Part shown: one piece after another, positions 46,601 to 58,600 of the stretch
Layout of the letters: every line of letters begins with the position of its first letter
How positions within the stretch are numbered: position 1 is the stretch's first letter
Virus record (IMG/VR): IMGVR_UViG_3300032265_001591
Location: 9,724-73,723 of that record
DNA: 64,000 nt
From: a virus
Strand: one strand, 5' to 3'
Translations under genes and position numbers: made by a program
The notes under the pieces: model-generated
The model's database searches: none
The model's input: only the letters and a program-made list of their open reading frames with translations
Told to the model about the DNA's origin: nothing

Positions 46601-48102
46601 TTGACTTAGCTGATTCTGGCTTTGGATATGCAAATGGTGATGTTTTAGATTTTATCTCACAAGATGGTTCACTACTTGGAACAGCTAAGTTAATTCTTGA
46701 AAAGCAAGGAAAAGGTGAAGGATATTTTAGAAATCAAAAAGGCTTCTTGAGTCAAAATTCAAACTTATTTGATGGTCAATTCTATCAAGAATATTCTTAT
46801 CAGATTATTTCTAGACTACCATTTGAAAAATATTCAGACATGTTTAAGAAAGTTTTACATGTAGCAGGTACTGAAGTATTTGGTAAAGTACTACTCGAAG
46901 AAATTAATGAGTTACCAATAGAGATTGCTAATGTAAATCTAACGACAGCTAATGTGGTATTTAAAAATGTAGCAAATACTGAAGAGATTATTCCTAATCT
47001 TTTTGTGTATCAAACAAATGGTTCAGTCAACACTGCAACTGGTTATGCTAAAGATTATCCGTCTGCTGAATTAGTATTAAGCAATACTACAGTTTCATAT
47101 GAAGTAGGAGCAACAGTATATCAGTCTAATACACAAGTAAATGCTGCATCTGGTTATTTGCAATATAAGAGTTCAAACGCAACTCACACAACTCTATACT
47201 TATCAAATACTAGAGGAACTTTTGCAAATACTTCAAATATTGAATCAATCATTCAACGTAAGATAGTAGTTAATCCTTTAGTTGATATTATTACGAAGAA
47301 TGTATCTTTACCAAGCAATACTACTCAATCGTTTGTCTCTGGTGAAAGAGTGTATCAGGGTTCAGTTGGATCAGAAACATTTATTGGAACAGTTATTGCA
47401 TCTAATTCATCATTGATTAGAGTATCAACTACTTCAGGTTCAATTACTAACAATGCAACAATTTTAAGTTCTAATTCATCTACTACTGCAATCGCTAATG
47501 GTGTTACATCAACAACTTTCTCAACATCACAAACAGCATATCAGCAAGTAAAGACATTATTCTTGAGTAATGTTTCTAATTCTTTCTCAAATGGTGAATC
47601 AGTTTATCAATATAAACTTAATTCAAGCGTATCTGCTAATGTTTATAATGTAAATACTGCAATAGGTAAAGTCGTATCAGTCAATTCAACCGCAATTCAA
47701 GTGGTTAATATCTTTGGTAATTTTGCTAATACTAGACAAGTATTTGGTTCTACTTCCAATTCATATGGTGTAATAAATTCGATAGTTTCTCAAAATTCAG
47801 CAACAGGAAACGTAGTGCTTTCAAATACTACAACATTAATTGTAAAAGACGTTGTTGGATCATTCGTGTCTAACCAACAAATTCTTGGGGCAAACAGTGT
47901 AGCTAATGCTACATCAATAACATCAAATACTCAAATTATTCGTGAAAGCAATATTGCATCAGTAATAAATATACTAGTAATCTCAAATACGCAAGGCACT
48001 TTCAGTGCTAATTCGACTTCCAATGGTGTAGTAGTATTGTATTCTAATAATACAACTGCCGCAACCGCTAATTTAACCGCAGTAAAGATAGAATCATTGT
48101 AA
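43678..48102 (+). CDS. gp7: Baseplate wedge initiator gp7-like, with large beta-rich insertions
   Basis: FIAFVKAYYEWLE, FYKSKGS..S..LFFRL.YG, FYQEYSY, LHVAGT..FG. Confidence 0.8.
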   Translation: MKDIEKNISTLIQSQFPSFYNEEGEMFIAFVKAYYEWLEENGNTLYHSRRLLEYSDVDRTLDTFIKQFKEQYLKNIVFTTDSNKQLFIKHALEFYKSKGSQRSIDLFFRLVYGIPAEVYVPADDIFRLSASEYTTPYYLEVTRQPNNINFVGSQITGALSGATAFVEKLIRKRINSQNIDVFFISNINKDFQVHEPISYSNNFSDSPRIIGSLSRFEVIAGGSGFAVGDIVDIDSTTTGAQAKGRVTEVDNVTGVVEFALVDGGWGFSTNAQVIVSERVLVVNNVIMANTSVPNTYLLFEKVTQPLANIIFTTITGAFAPKDVFQKYHSNGSLAANGRILAVTQNTVTKTGELLVNTNRGNVELGTSTLYISGNATYATATSITDKTATANVMGVSSNIVLYCYDSHGSFKINDEVYQGNSTVEWANGIVYNAIGTSANLTLTISNVNGIFRPSVANIYARASISTYAQVNSFSTAIGVYDVDNAFSKLESNYIRAQTPSGFVVVSTGGAGFVNAQALTLIGGTSTISTATATATTNATGGLTRVTITSGLSNYIDNETLTIQSGTSSTNATGVINIIPGSSTIANIELVSEGSLAGFSVGGLSHEETVVVNQDLISSNNAANVYFTNTAFILDGTGSGISSNGYGFIKFPVGNINSIILDCLDISSKVVGTITAITGISKGTNYTLDPFVAVVEPAIVAQGANDYIFTVMNATGNFANGELIQQSRNIANVNILTVSSATSGNVDILTVTDATAPFTLGEIIYQSNGTANIGYGTLQTSVITSNAGTMTIRPVSNGFSNGVYKIKGATSGANATVTLVSYNFFQVNEQIQQYANSTTVVANAIVQSVSINPTTRVGSITINSVSSNFQVSSNSSNGLIRGTLTVANAIVDTVNTANITVNTQALIHGVVNDSTLYVKRLSLANFFEVTTNSMVIGLSSGVSANLVAFDYDDTKSGINANVTANSTIANGHVVSLDLADSGFGYANGDVLDFISQDGSLLGTAKLILEKQGKGEGYFRNQKGFLSQNSNLFDGQFYQEYSYQIISRLPFEKYSDMFKKVLHVAGTEVFGKVLLEEINELPIEIANVNLTTANVVFKNVANTEEIIPNLFVYQTNGSVNTATGYAKDYPSAELVLSNTTVSYEVGATVYQSNTQVNAASGYLQYKSSNATHTTLYLSNTRGTFANTSNIESIIQRKIVVNPLVDIITKNVSLPSNTTQSFVSGERVYQGSVGSETFIGTVIASNSSLIRVSTTSGSITNNATILSSNSSTTAIANGVTSTTFSTSQTAYQQVKTLFLSNVSNSFSNGESVYQYKLNSSVSANVYNVNTAIGKVVSVNSTAIQVVNIFGNFANTRQVFGSTSNSYGVINSIVSQNSATGNVVLSNTTTLIVKDVVGSFVSNQQILGANSVANATSITSNTQIIRESNIASVINILVISNTQGTFSANSTSNGVVVLYSNNTTAATANLTAVKIESL

Positions 48103-48103
48103 A

Positions 48104-51100
48104 ATGGCAGCAAATACACATAAACTTGTCACAAATAATTTTAAAAACTATTCGGTTAATCAGTTTATTGAATCATTAACTGAACCCGCAAATACTATTT
48201 TTTATGCGTTTGCCGGTAAACATACTGAATATACTGGTGGTGATTCTAATGTTGCGTATCCAAATAATAGCACTCAATCATTGAGTATTGATGCTTATAG
48301 ACAGATGGTATTTGGAAAACAAATTACCGGTAATGATGTTAAAGTTATGATTCCACGGTATGATTGGACAGCCGGGACAGTGTACACACAATACAGCGAT
48401 CAAGATGGTGAATTATTTGGAAAGATGTTTTATACAATATCGCGTGCTGGAAGCAATTATTACGTATTTAAATGCTTGTTTAATAACAATGGTGCGTCAT
48501 CTACAATTAGACCTGATTATAATGAAACTGCAGCAGATGATATTATCTATGAAACTTCAGATGGATATCAGTGGAAATATCTTTTTACAATTACTAAAGA
48601 TGTATTTGATAAATTTGCAACAACTAGTTACATACCAGTAGTAGAAGATACTAATGTCACTGCAAATGCAATATTTGGTGCAATTGATGTTATTACAGTT
48701 TCAAGTAATGGTGCCGGATATAATAATTTTTATAGCGGGCAATTTAAAACTGAAGACGTTGCTGTAAATGGTAATAATTTAGTATATAACGTAGGATCTG
48801 ATGCTTCTCCTGCAAATAATCAATATTATAGTTGTATCATTAAGATCACTGAAGGAAAAGGAAAAGGCGGTTACAGAAAAGTAAATGGTTATCGGGTTTC
48901 AGGAAATACTAAACAGATCATAGTCAATAGTGCATTTACTACTACGCCAGATGCAACTTCTACTTATGAAATTTCTCCTTTAGTTTTAATCACTGGTGAT
49001 GGAAAACAAACTACCGAAGCTGAAGCACGAGCACTGGTCAATACTGCAGCAAGCAATTCAATCTATAAAGTTGAAGTATTAAATAGAGGCGCCGGATATT
49101 ACTTTGCTTTTGCAAATGTTCAAGTTTCAAATGTTATCTCTATTTCTAATTCTGCTAATCTGTCGGTTGTTATACCTCCACGGGGTGGTCACGGCGCAAA
49201 TGTTCAAGCCGAACTTGGAGGTTCCAGAGCAGGAATTAGTGTTTCATTTGCAAATGGTGAATCTAATACTATTCTTACTGAAAACGATTATAGAGTAATC
49301 GGTATCATTAAAGATCCTGCATTCTCAAACGTTGGATTAACTGTTGGAAATATTTCTGGTACATTTACAGCAAATGAAAAGCTTTATCAAGTAAGACCAA
49401 TTAAAATAGACGGAATGGTTACGATTAGTAATATAAGTAATACTATTACTTCAAATAGTATTAATCTTCAAGACACGTTTAAAGTAAATGACTATGTTTA
49501 CATTGCAGATCTTAAAGGTTCAGAAGTAACTAACATTCTTGTTTCTCAAGGCGGAAGTGGTTACGTTACTGGTGAAAGCTTAACTTTCACAGGTGGCGGT
49601 GGTTCAAACGCAGTAGCATATGCTGTAACTGTAAATGGAGCAATCACGGAAGTAAGATTCAATAGCATCACTAATCTTACATTCTTCTCAGGTGGATCAG
49701 GATTCAGAAATAATCAATCTTTGGGAATTACGGGTCAAACTTCCGGAAATTCTTCAGCTATTGGGTTTGCCACAACAAATGCTACTGGTGGACTTACAAG
49801 CATTACTCTTACTTCCGGAGGAAAAGGGTATACGAATAATGAAACAGTAACTGTTCGAGGCCAAGCAAGTTACGTAAATGGAACTGTTCTATTTTCTAAT
49901 ACTACAGCTCAAACTTTCTTTGGTAACACAACTTCTGTTTTAATAGGTAATTCTACAACTAATGGATTTATTGGTCTTGGCACAAACCAAACGAGATTTG
50001 TTAACAATGATATTGTAACATATATTGCAAACAGTGGAAACACAGTTTTGGGTGGATTAACTAATAATACTTCTTATTTTGTAATTACAACAAATGCTAC
50101 TCATATTCAATTAACAGCAACAAATAGTGGTGCTGCTATTAATTTAACATCAGTTCCTACATCAATACAAACACATTCTCTTACACCACTTAGTGCATCA
50201 TTAACTAATGCAGTATACACGGCTACAGTTCCTAATGGAGGTGCTGGGTTTACAAATAACCAAACAGTAAACATCAAAGGTGTAAATTCTGTAGTGAATG
50301 TTGCAACTGGATTAGCTACAACAAATGTAACTGGTGGATTAACTTCTGTGACTATTGTTGAAAATGGATTTTGTTATGTAGAAAATGAATCAGTTCAAAT
50401 TAGTAGTTCAACTTCAAGTTCTAATGCTTCAGGTACAGTTGACACCGCAAATGGCGTTATACGTTCAGCTATTTTGAGTTCTTCGGGATATGATTATTCA
50501 TCAGCGCCATCAGTTGGAGTAACCACGACGGGTGGATCTGGTGCAAGTTTATCTGCAGTAGTTAATACAACTCCTGTTTCTTTACGAAGAATGTTAGCAA
50601 AAATTGGTTCAATTGCAAACACAACGTCTATAAGTTTAATGTCAAATGGGTTGTTTACAGATTCAACTGCTACAATCTTCTTAGCAAATGTTGGTGCATC
50701 TGGAACGATTGATACGTTTGATGTTGACTTAATTCAAGTTCAGAATAGTGTAGGTTTCTTTACTGTTAACTCGTTTGTAATTGGTAACACATCTCTTGCA
50801 ACTGCAAACATTAATTCTATTCAGATTAGTAGCGCAACTAAGCCTTATACTACTTTTCTTCAAGCTAAGAGATATGAAGGATCTATTGCAATCAGTGGAA
50901 CTTATGTAGAAGACGAAAAAGTAATTCAAGGTACTGCTGGTGCATTCCTTGCTAATGCATATCTGCATACTGCTAATACTTTAAACAATACGATTTATGT
51001 AACAGAAGAGCAAGGAAACTTTTTAATAGCTAATACTATTACTGGTGCTAATAGCGGTGCTACATTAACTATAAATAAGATTTACAAAGGCGACTTGGTT

Positions 51101-51196
51101 CCTTGGTCTGGCGATGTAGTATACATTCAAAACATGGACCCAATTGCACGTTCAGCTGAACAAACAGAGACAATAAAGATCATCTTGGAGCTCTAA
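48104..51196 (+). CDS. gp8: Baseplate wedge gp8-like, with insertions
   Basis: IPRYDWT.GT.Y, VFKCL.NN, DGY.WKYLF, PP.GGHG, SGDV.Y..N..PI.R..EQTE.IKI.LE. Confidence 0.85.
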   Translation: MAANTHKLVTNNFKNYSVNQFIESLTEPANTIFYAFAGKHTEYTGGDSNVAYPNNSTQSLSIDAYRQMVFGKQITGNDVKVMIPRYDWTAGTVYTQYSDQDGELFGKMFYTISRAGSNYYVFKCLFNNNGASSTIRPDYNETAADDIIYETSDGYQWKYLFTITKDVFDKFATTSYIPVVEDTNVTANAIFGAIDVITVSSNGAGYNNFYSGQFKTEDVAVNGNNLVYNVGSDASPANNQYYSCIIKITEGKGKGGYRKVNGYRVSGNTKQIIVNSAFTTTPDATSTYEISPLVLITGDGKQTTEAEARALVNTAASNSIYKVEVLNRGAGYYFAFANVQVSNVISISNSANLSVVIPPRGGHGANVQAELGGSRAGISVSFANGESNTILTENDYRVIGIIKDPAFSNVGLTVGNISGTFTANEKLYQVRPIKIDGMVTISNISNTITSNSINLQDTFKVNDYVYIADLKGSEVTNILVSQGGSGYVTGESLTFTGGGGSNAVAYAVTVNGAITEVRFNSITNLTFFSGGSGFRNNQSLGITGQTSGNSSAIGFATTNATGGLTSITLTSGGKGYTNNETVTVRGQASYVNGTVLFSNTTAQTFFGNTTSVLIGNSTTNGFIGLGTNQTRFVNNDIVTYIANSGNTVLGGLTNNTSYFVITTNATHIQLTATNSGAAINLTSVPTSIQTHSLTPLSASLTNAVYTATVPNGGAGFTNNQTVNIKGVNSVVNVATGLATTNVTGGLTSVTIVENGFCYVENESVQISSSTSSSNASGTVDTANGVIRSAILSSSGYDYSSAPSVGVTTTGGSGASLSAVVNTTPVSLRRMLAKIGSIANTTSISLMSNGLFTDSTATIFLANVGASGTIDTFDVDLIQVQNSVGFFTVNSFVIGNTSLATANINSIQISSATKPYTTFLQAKRYEGSIAISGTYVEDEKVIQGTAGAFLANAYLHTANTLNNTIYVTEEQGNFLIANTITGANSGATLTINKIYKGDLVPWSGDVVYIQNMDPIARSAEQTETIKIILEL

Positions 51197-54100
51197 ATGC
51201 CTATTAAGACAAACCTTGAATCACCACCATATTTTGATGACTATGATGGTAATAATGACTACTATAAGGTACTTTTTAAGCCTGGAGTTCCTGTTCAGGT
51301 TAGAGAACTTAATCAGCTTCAAACCATGCTTCAGTCACAGATTGAACGGTTTGGCGATAATATCTTTAAGCGCGGAACAATAATTGATGGTTGTGGTTTT
51401 ACTTTTCATGACAATATTCCATATATTAAAATCAAAGATAGTGAAGCCAATACCGGAGCTCCAGTAAACGTTGCAGGTTATCCTGGTCTATATGCACGGA
51501 ATGAAACCACAAACGTTCATGCGTATGTTATTGCATCCAACACTGGGTTCGAAACGCAAGCTCCCGATTTAAATACTCTATACTTAAAGTATATAAACAG
51601 TGGTACTGCCGGTGAAGCATCATTTTCTTCAAATGACCAAATTATAATCTATAATAAAGAAGAATCAGTTTATGAAGTTGGTATTGATAATGGAAGCACA
51701 GGATTTTCAAATACAGATTCAGTATTATTTTTAAGTTCCATAACAGTACAGAATTCTTCTTCAGGAAAGACATTCTCAAATAGTTCAGGACTTCTTTCTA
51801 CATTTTCTGCTGGCCAAACAATTATTGGATCTACTTCTGGTGCTCAAGCTGTAGTTGTAGAAGCAAATACTACAGCAAATGCTGAAGCAATTGTTCTCAA
51901 AATAAGACCAGTTTATACAGACCTAACCGCAAACCCAGCAAATACTGCAAAGTGGACTTTTGCTTCTGAAGAAAATATTACAGTAACTACTGGCCCAACA
52001 AATGCACGATTAATTAATAAAATTGGTTCAGGCGCAACTGGTTCACTCGTCACAGATGGTGCAGGTAAGCTTATAACACTTACCGTTACTTCTGGTGGCC
52101 AAGGATATTATGTTCCTCCTTTTGCTACTATTATTTCTACTGGAGGCACTCCAAGCGCTCTTTCTTTAGAATCAAGAAATTATTTTGCTAAAGTTATTGT
52201 TGCAACTGTAGACTCTTCTGTAGGAACCGGATATGGTTTCTCTATTAGTAATGGCGTAATATATCAATTAGGTTATTTTTCAAGAGTTGCAAATCAGTTT
52301 ACCATTGTTGAAAAGTATTCAAATACACCTGACGCAAAAGTAGTTGGGTTTGATACCACAGAAATTATTAAGAACAGCAATCAAGATCAGTCTCTTCTTG
52401 ATAATGCTTTAGGAACATTTAATTATACAGCACCAGGCGCAGATCGTCTTGAACTAGTTCCTACTCTTGTAGTTCTTGATAAAACTGATGCTGATGCAAA
52501 CAATGACTTCTTCTCTATTGTTGAATTTTCTGAAGGTAAACCCTTTAAACAGAATAGAGTAACACAGTATAAAGCAATTGAAGATGAACTTGCTAAAAGA
52601 ACATACGAAGAAAGTGGTGATTATGTTCTTGATCCTTTCTTGGTTTCTACTCTTTCTGATGAAAATTTTGAATGGACTGATGCTGGTACTTCAAACGAAG
52701 CAAACAATTTTGATATAATCATTGATCCAGGCAAGGCATATATTAGTGGTTATCGCGTAGAGACGATGGGTAACTACAGAGCAACTCTTGATAAATCTGT
52801 TGACACCGAAATTGCATTGAATAGATCTGCTGGTGTAAATTATGAAAACTTTATTCACGTTAAGAACGTTGCAGGAGTATTCTTATTCTCAACAGGTGAC
52901 GTAGTTTCTTTACGCGATACTGCTAAAACATTCTTAACGACTGGATCAAACTACGGCATTGCACCAACTGCTGCTGGTTCTGAAATTGGTTCTGCAAGAA
53001 TTAGGTCAATGATATATGAATCAGGAATTCCTGGTTCAAATCAAGCAATATATCGGTTATACCTATTTGATATTTCAATGAACACTGGCAAGAACTTTAA
53101 AGATGTTCGCTCATTGTTCTATGATGGTGCAACTTATGATGGTGTAGCTGATGTTATTTTAGACACAACTTCATTAGGCACAAGCATTGCATCTCTTCAA
53201 GGAACAGCTAATGATATATTAGTTTTCCGAGTTGGTGAAAAAGCAGTTAAATCTGTCAACAACATTTCATATACGTATAGAACAATTAATCAAACTGCGC
53301 TAACTGCAAACGCAGCTGGTAAGATTACAATAACAGTTACTGGTAATGAAACATTCCCTTATCTTGGTACGCTCAATTCAAATGAAAAAGAAGACATTAT
53401 TGTAATTCCCCTTGCCAATATTGCTGCTGCAGCTGCTATCACCGGAACTATTTCAGTCAATACTACAACGACAAATGTAGTTGGAACTGGAACAAGTTTT
53501 ACTACTCAATTTGAAGCTGGTGATTATATTAAAATTTCTGCAAACTCTACTGGTGGATTTGATCATAGAAGAATCACAAGCATTACGAATGGTACATTTT
53601 TAACTATTGATTCTTATGCTTCTTTTACAAATGCTGTTTCGACCGCCACGTTTGCTTTCCCTGCTTTTATTCCTGTTCCTCTTTCAACAAGAACTGGGCG
53701 TGTTGCAAACGTTGATATCGCTCAACAAACAATGATCATTGATTTAAACCAGACATTGAGCGGCGCAAATAACGTTGCTGTTGCATATAATGTAAAAGTA
53801 ACTAATGCTACTCCAATTGCTAAGCAAGCTCAAAGAAATCTATTTGTTCGTATAGACTGCTCCAATAATACGGGTAACACTTCTGGTCCTTGGACTCTAG
53901 GCGTACCAGATGTATTCAGACTGAGAAAAGTTTATAAGGGAACAACAAATACATTCACATCTGCTACATCCGGAATAGAAGATGTTACAAGAAACTTTGT
54001 GATTGATCATAATCAAGATGAGAACGTATATAACCAAAGCTATCTTTACATTAAGCCTGGTACCAATCAGACTTTGGTGGGTGGTGATAGACTATTAGTT

Positions 54101-55636
54101 CAATTTGATTGTTTCTCCAACAATTTATCAAATACGCTATTCAGTATTGGTTCATATACTGAAAATGATACTAAACTATTAGCTAATCTTACTATAAGCG
54201 TTAACAGATTAGAAATTCCTCAGATGATTACTTCTAGAGGACAGAATGTAGATTTAATTGAATACTTTGATTTTAGACCTCTTTCTGTAAACACTGCAGT
54301 TTTGTCCACAACTGAAGCTTCTGCTACAATTCATCCAGCAGAACCAGCAAGAACTGCAAAATTTGGCAATACGCGTGATCCTGTTAATGATCAAAAATTC
54401 CCTGTGCCTGATAGTGATATCACATTTGATGCAGAATATTATGTTGGAAGAAAAGATCTCGTAATCATTGGATCTAATGGTGATTTCAATGTAATCAAGG
54501 GAAAACCTGGTCTTACTCCAGTTGCACCAAAAACTCCAAGCGATAGTTTAGTTATTGAACTGCTTAATATTGCACCATATCCTTCATTGCCCCAAAACTT
54601 GTCTGCTAATGCTTTAGCTTTCATTGATACTAAAGTCATTAATCATACTAATTTGAATGAAAGAAAGAAACTTTATTCAATTACAAAAGAAGCTCAACTT
54701 AATCCTACCAAGTATAGTCAAACACCTGGCTTTACAATGAGAGACATTAAGAGCCTTCAGGATAGAGTTGAAGCATTGGAATATTATTCAACACTATCTT
54801 TAGTTGAAGATACTGTTAAAAATGAAGTAATTCCAAGCAGTGCAAATACTCAAGTTAGTCGGTTTAAGTTTGGTTATTTTATTGATAACTTTACTTCTCT
54901 AAATTATGCAGATATTAATGATCCAGAATTTAATGCTGGATATAATGCAGAAAGAAATAGATTAGTACCTGCAAATGAACAAATAAATCTTCCTTTTAAG
55001 ATTTATTCTGGTGAAGCAATAAATCAAAGCTTATATGGCAAGACGTTGATGTTACCATTTGAAAGCGTTTCTGTTGTAAGTCAATTGCAAGCAACTGGTG
55101 TTCCAAATGTTGGTTCAGCTCTTCCATTGACATATAACAAAGGCAAATTCTATACCAAGATTCCTGCCACGTTTACGCCAAAAGCTGTTGTTCCACCAAT
55201 TTATCAAACTTTGTTTTCAGGATTAAACTTATTTGGTTTAAACCCATTATCTTTGCCACCAAAACCAACTACTCCAGTTAGAACAACCATTAGCCAAACA
55301 TTCCAGTTTATTGTAAACGGTTTAAGACCTTCTACTCGGTTCTATTTTTTCTTTGATGGAAAAGATAATAGTTCAAAGTGTAAACCTATTGGCGGAAAAA
55401 TTGGCGATCCAATAAAATCAGATAAGTATGGTATTGCTAATTTTCAATTCTTTTTATCTACTGTCCCATCAGACTTAGTTTCAAAAGAGTTAAATACAAG
55501 AAAGATAACAGAATCACAAGCAGTTGGCCAAACATTATCCACTAGCAAAACTCTACAAATGAAAGAAAGTTCTTCTACTGGTACGATAGTAGCTGAAGGT
55601 GTATTACCAGTAAAAGTAACATTTACAAATAGTTAA
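51197..55636 (+). CDS. Large virion protein, DUF4815/VrlC-like N-terminal part
   Basis: PYFDDY, VLFKPG.PVQ.RELNQLQT, APGADR, LAKRTYEESGDY, DFRP, RFK.G...DNF. Confidence 0.85.
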   Translation: MPIKTNLESPPYFDDYDGNNDYYKVLFKPGVPVQVRELNQLQTMLQSQIERFGDNIFKRGTIIDGCGFTFHDNIPYIKIKDSEANTGAPVNVAGYPGLYARNETTNVHAYVIASNTGFETQAPDLNTLYLKYINSGTAGEASFSSNDQIIIYNKEESVYEVGIDNGSTGFSNTDSVLFLSSITVQNSSSGKTFSNSSGLLSTFSAGQTIIGSTSGAQAVVVEANTTANAEAIVLKIRPVYTDLTANPANTAKWTFASEENITVTTGPTNARLINKIGSGATGSLVTDGAGKLITLTVTSGGQGYYVPPFATIISTGGTPSALSLESRNYFAKVIVATVDSSVGTGYGFSISNGVIYQLGYFSRVANQFTIVEKYSNTPDAKVVGFDTTEIIKNSNQDQSLLDNALGTFNYTAPGADRLELVPTLVVLDKTDADANNDFFSIVEFSEGKPFKQNRVTQYKAIEDELAKRTYEESGDYVLDPFLVSTLSDENFEWTDAGTSNEANNFDIIIDPGKAYISGYRVETMGNYRATLDKSVDTEIALNRSAGVNYENFIHVKNVAGVFLFSTGDVVSLRDTAKTFLTTGSNYGIAPTAAGSEIGSARIRSMIYESGIPGSNQAIYRLYLFDISMNTGKNFKDVRSLFYDGATYDGVADVILDTTSLGTSIASLQGTANDILVFRVGEKAVKSVNNISYTYRTINQTALTANAAGKITITVTGNETFPYLGTLNSNEKEDIIVIPLANIAAAAAITGTISVNTTTTNVVGTGTSFTTQFEAGDYIKISANSTGGFDHRRITSITNGTFLTIDSYASFTNAVSTATFAFPAFIPVPLSTRTGRVANVDIAQQTMIIDLNQTLSGANNVAVAYNVKVTNATPIAKQAQRNLFVRIDCSNNTGNTSGPWTLGVPDVFRLRKVYKGTTNTFTSATSGIEDVTRNFVIDHNQDENVYNQSYLYIKPGTNQTLVGGDRLLVQFDCFSNNLSNTLFSIGSYTENDTKLLANLTISVNRLEIPQMITSRGQNVDLIEYFDFRPLSVNTAVLSTTEASATIHPAEPARTAKFGNTRDPVNDQKFPVPDSDITFDAEYYVGRKDLVIIGSNGDFNVIKGKPGLTPVAPKTPSDSLVIELLNIAPYPSLPQNLSANALAFIDTKVINHTNLNERKKLYSITKEAQLNPTKYSQTPGFTMRDIKSLQDRVEALEYYSTLSLVEDTVKNEVIPSSANTQVSRFKFGYFIDNFTSLNYADINDPEFNAGYNAERNRLVPANEQINLPFKIYSGEAINQSLYGKTLMLPFESVSVVSQLQATGVPNVGSALPLTYNKGKFYTKIPATFTPKAVVPPIYQTLFSGLNLFGLNPLSLPPKPTTPVRTTISQTFQFIVNGLRPSTRFYFFFDGKDNSSKCKPIGGKIGDPIKSDKYGIANFQFFLSTVPSDLVSKELNTRKITESQAVGQTLSTSKTLQMKESSSTGTIVAEGVLPVKVTFTNS

Positions 55637-55647
55637 AGGTATTTTAA

Positions 55648-58600
55648 ATGGCAAAGTACGATGCAATTCAAACTTTTTTTGTTCCTAGAGATCGCGTAAA
55701 TGGATCACCATATTGCTTTTTAACTGGCATTGATTTATACTTCAAAGCTAAACCAGATGCATTGAAGTCTATTTCTGGTATACTTAATCCTGGTGTTTCA
55801 GTTTATCTTTGCCCCGTAGAAGGAAACCATGAACCAAAGCCAGACAATATCTTAACTGATTCGCTAGTTCGTTTATCATATGACGAGATTCCAATTCTTC
55901 AATATCAAGTAGTTCAAAAAGATGTGATTGATACTGAAACTCTTCAATCATATGCATATAGTCCATTATACACTGATGCTAAATTTAAAATAGTTGTTCC
56001 AAAAGATAGTTTATTAACTATCGATCCACAATATTTTGATTTTGCTCCAATTGATTCTACTGCCACATTATTCTTTAATGCAAAAGGATCAGATAACAAA
56101 GGTGGAAATTATAATGTTTCCAGTTCAACGAAGGGTAACTTTATTCAAGCATCATCAGCTACTTACCCTGGTATTTCTAAATTATCATCAACTGAAAAAC
56201 AATCAGTTGGGCCTAAAATGTATCTTGATTCCGCTGAAGCTGGCCGTGGCGCTATAGCCTTACCAGATTGGTCATATGGAAGAGGAACGAATGAAATTAA
56301 AGGTGTTGGTAAATTTACGTGGAATCACAAGAAAACTGATTCCGGAAGATATACAATTCAACTCGGCGCAGGAAAAGGTTGTAGTGTAGTATGCATACTT
56401 AGATATGCTAGTGCAATTAAAACCAATAGCGCTCTTTCTGGTTCTATAAAAGTTCCAGGTATTTCTTCTGGCTCTAAAGTATTTGGTAATGCTGCAAAGG
56501 TTTTGTTTGATACTCCAGTAATCGTTAAGACAGATACTCTATATGGTATTGTTGTAGATTATGAAGATAATGGATACCAACTATGGACCAATAAACAAGG
56601 TGAAAGATTAATTGGTACGATTGGCCAATCAGGTTCTAACCTATCACCGGGTGCAAGTGGTAAAGGCGATGGCAAATATTTTGATTATACAAATGATCAG
56701 TTGAGAGCAATAAATGATCAAGATTTAATGTTTGAAGTTTTTGCTGCTAAGTTCAAAGCTAATACAGCAGATGTAGAAATTACTCATCGTGATTATGAAT
56801 TTATTACTGTTGGAAGTTATTCTTTGACAGGAAACAGCGCATATCCAGGTGAATTTGTGTATCAAGATTATGGTAACACAGTTGCAAACGTAACACATGG
56901 ATTTACTGGTTCAGGTTTCTTTAAACAAGGTACAGTGAATGTTGATACACGAATTGGAACTGAATCCGCTTCTTATTCAGCTCTTATAGGAACAAACACA
57001 GTATTCACTCAAGACTTTGGTATTGGTGATTATATAGTTGTTACAGATTTAACCAGAAGTAACACTGATATTCGTCAAGTTTCCTATATTGCAAATAACA
57101 CATATTTGACTACGGATCAACCATTAACATTTGCAAATACCACAGCCTTTGTAAAGAAGACTGCTATTGCTAAAGTATTTGATGCCGACTACGGTACAAA
57201 TAATATGATTCTTTTTGACACGAATGCTAACAGTTCAGTTAAGTTTCAAAGTTCTGGTATTAGATATGTGACAGTTACTGCAGGAGGAAGTTCTTACACT
57301 AACACCGATATCCTTCGTGTGTATAGTGGTGGATCTACTCTCAATGCAACTGCCGCAGTAGTAACAAATTCTGCAGGTGGAATTGTTGCTCTTAGGTTCT
57401 CAAATGTTGGTGCTGGGTTTGCTTCTGCTCCAAGTTTCATTGTATCTAATTCAACTGTATTGACATCCAACTCTTCAGCCGGATCCGGTGCAACATTTAC
57501 TGCTAATATTGATGGGTCATATATCTTTGGTGAAACATCTCTCTATTCAGCTAACCTAATTTCTGTTGATAATAGGCCAATCAGCGTCTTTGATCCAGAT
57601 ATAAAATTAAATAGAGAATCTATTGATACAGAATTAACCATTCAGCATAACTTTGCATATTCAAATGGTGGAAATTATTATGTAAATACATCATATTTAA
57701 CTACCACTTCTGATGGTAATAACTACATTACGAAATATAGTGGATTGATGATGTCTAGATCTAATGAAGTCAGTTCCCCAACTTATCTTTATAACTCAGA
57801 CAAATCTTCAGTAATGAAAGTACATTTGAATGCTAAGAAGCCATATGCAGCTTCTAGTGGCGGGTTATATGTTTCACCAATTCTTCATACTGACATGTTA
57901 AACGTGTTTACTTATCAATATGACGTTAACAGTGATTATACAAATGAAACTACTCGTTCTGGTAGTGCTCATTCTAAGTATGTAAGTAATAAAATTTCTT
58001 TTGCAAATAACAAATTTGCTGAAGATATTCGAGTATTCATGACTGCATATAAGCCATCTGGAACAGACATTAAAGTTTATGCAAAAATTTATCATACCGC
58101 TGATGGTGAAGCTTATACTAACAAGAGTTGGAGTGCTTTAGAACTGATTGATGGTTCTGGTCTTCAGAGTAGCAAAACGAATTCAAATGATGTTATTGCA
58201 TTAACGTATGGATTTCCAAAATATCCAGAAGTACTTTCTACTTTAACTGGCACAGTAACAGTTGGATCTGGTAGTGCTACTATTACAGGCGTCGGAACTT
58301 CTTTATCAACTGATCTTGCTAATAATGATTTAATAAGAATCTATGATCCATTACAATCTAATACTAACTACTTTGTAGCAATTGCAACTTCAATTGCAAA
58401 TACAACATCAATGACTATAAATAGTACAACAACCAATAGTAGTGTAATTGGATCAGGATTTAAGATTGATAGGCTTAAATATAAGACTGCAGCTTTTACT
58501 AACCCACAAAATTATAATATCGTAAGATATTATGCTTCTACGAACGTAGAACTCGATGGGTATAATGTGATGGCAGTCAAGATAGTATTATTATCAAATA

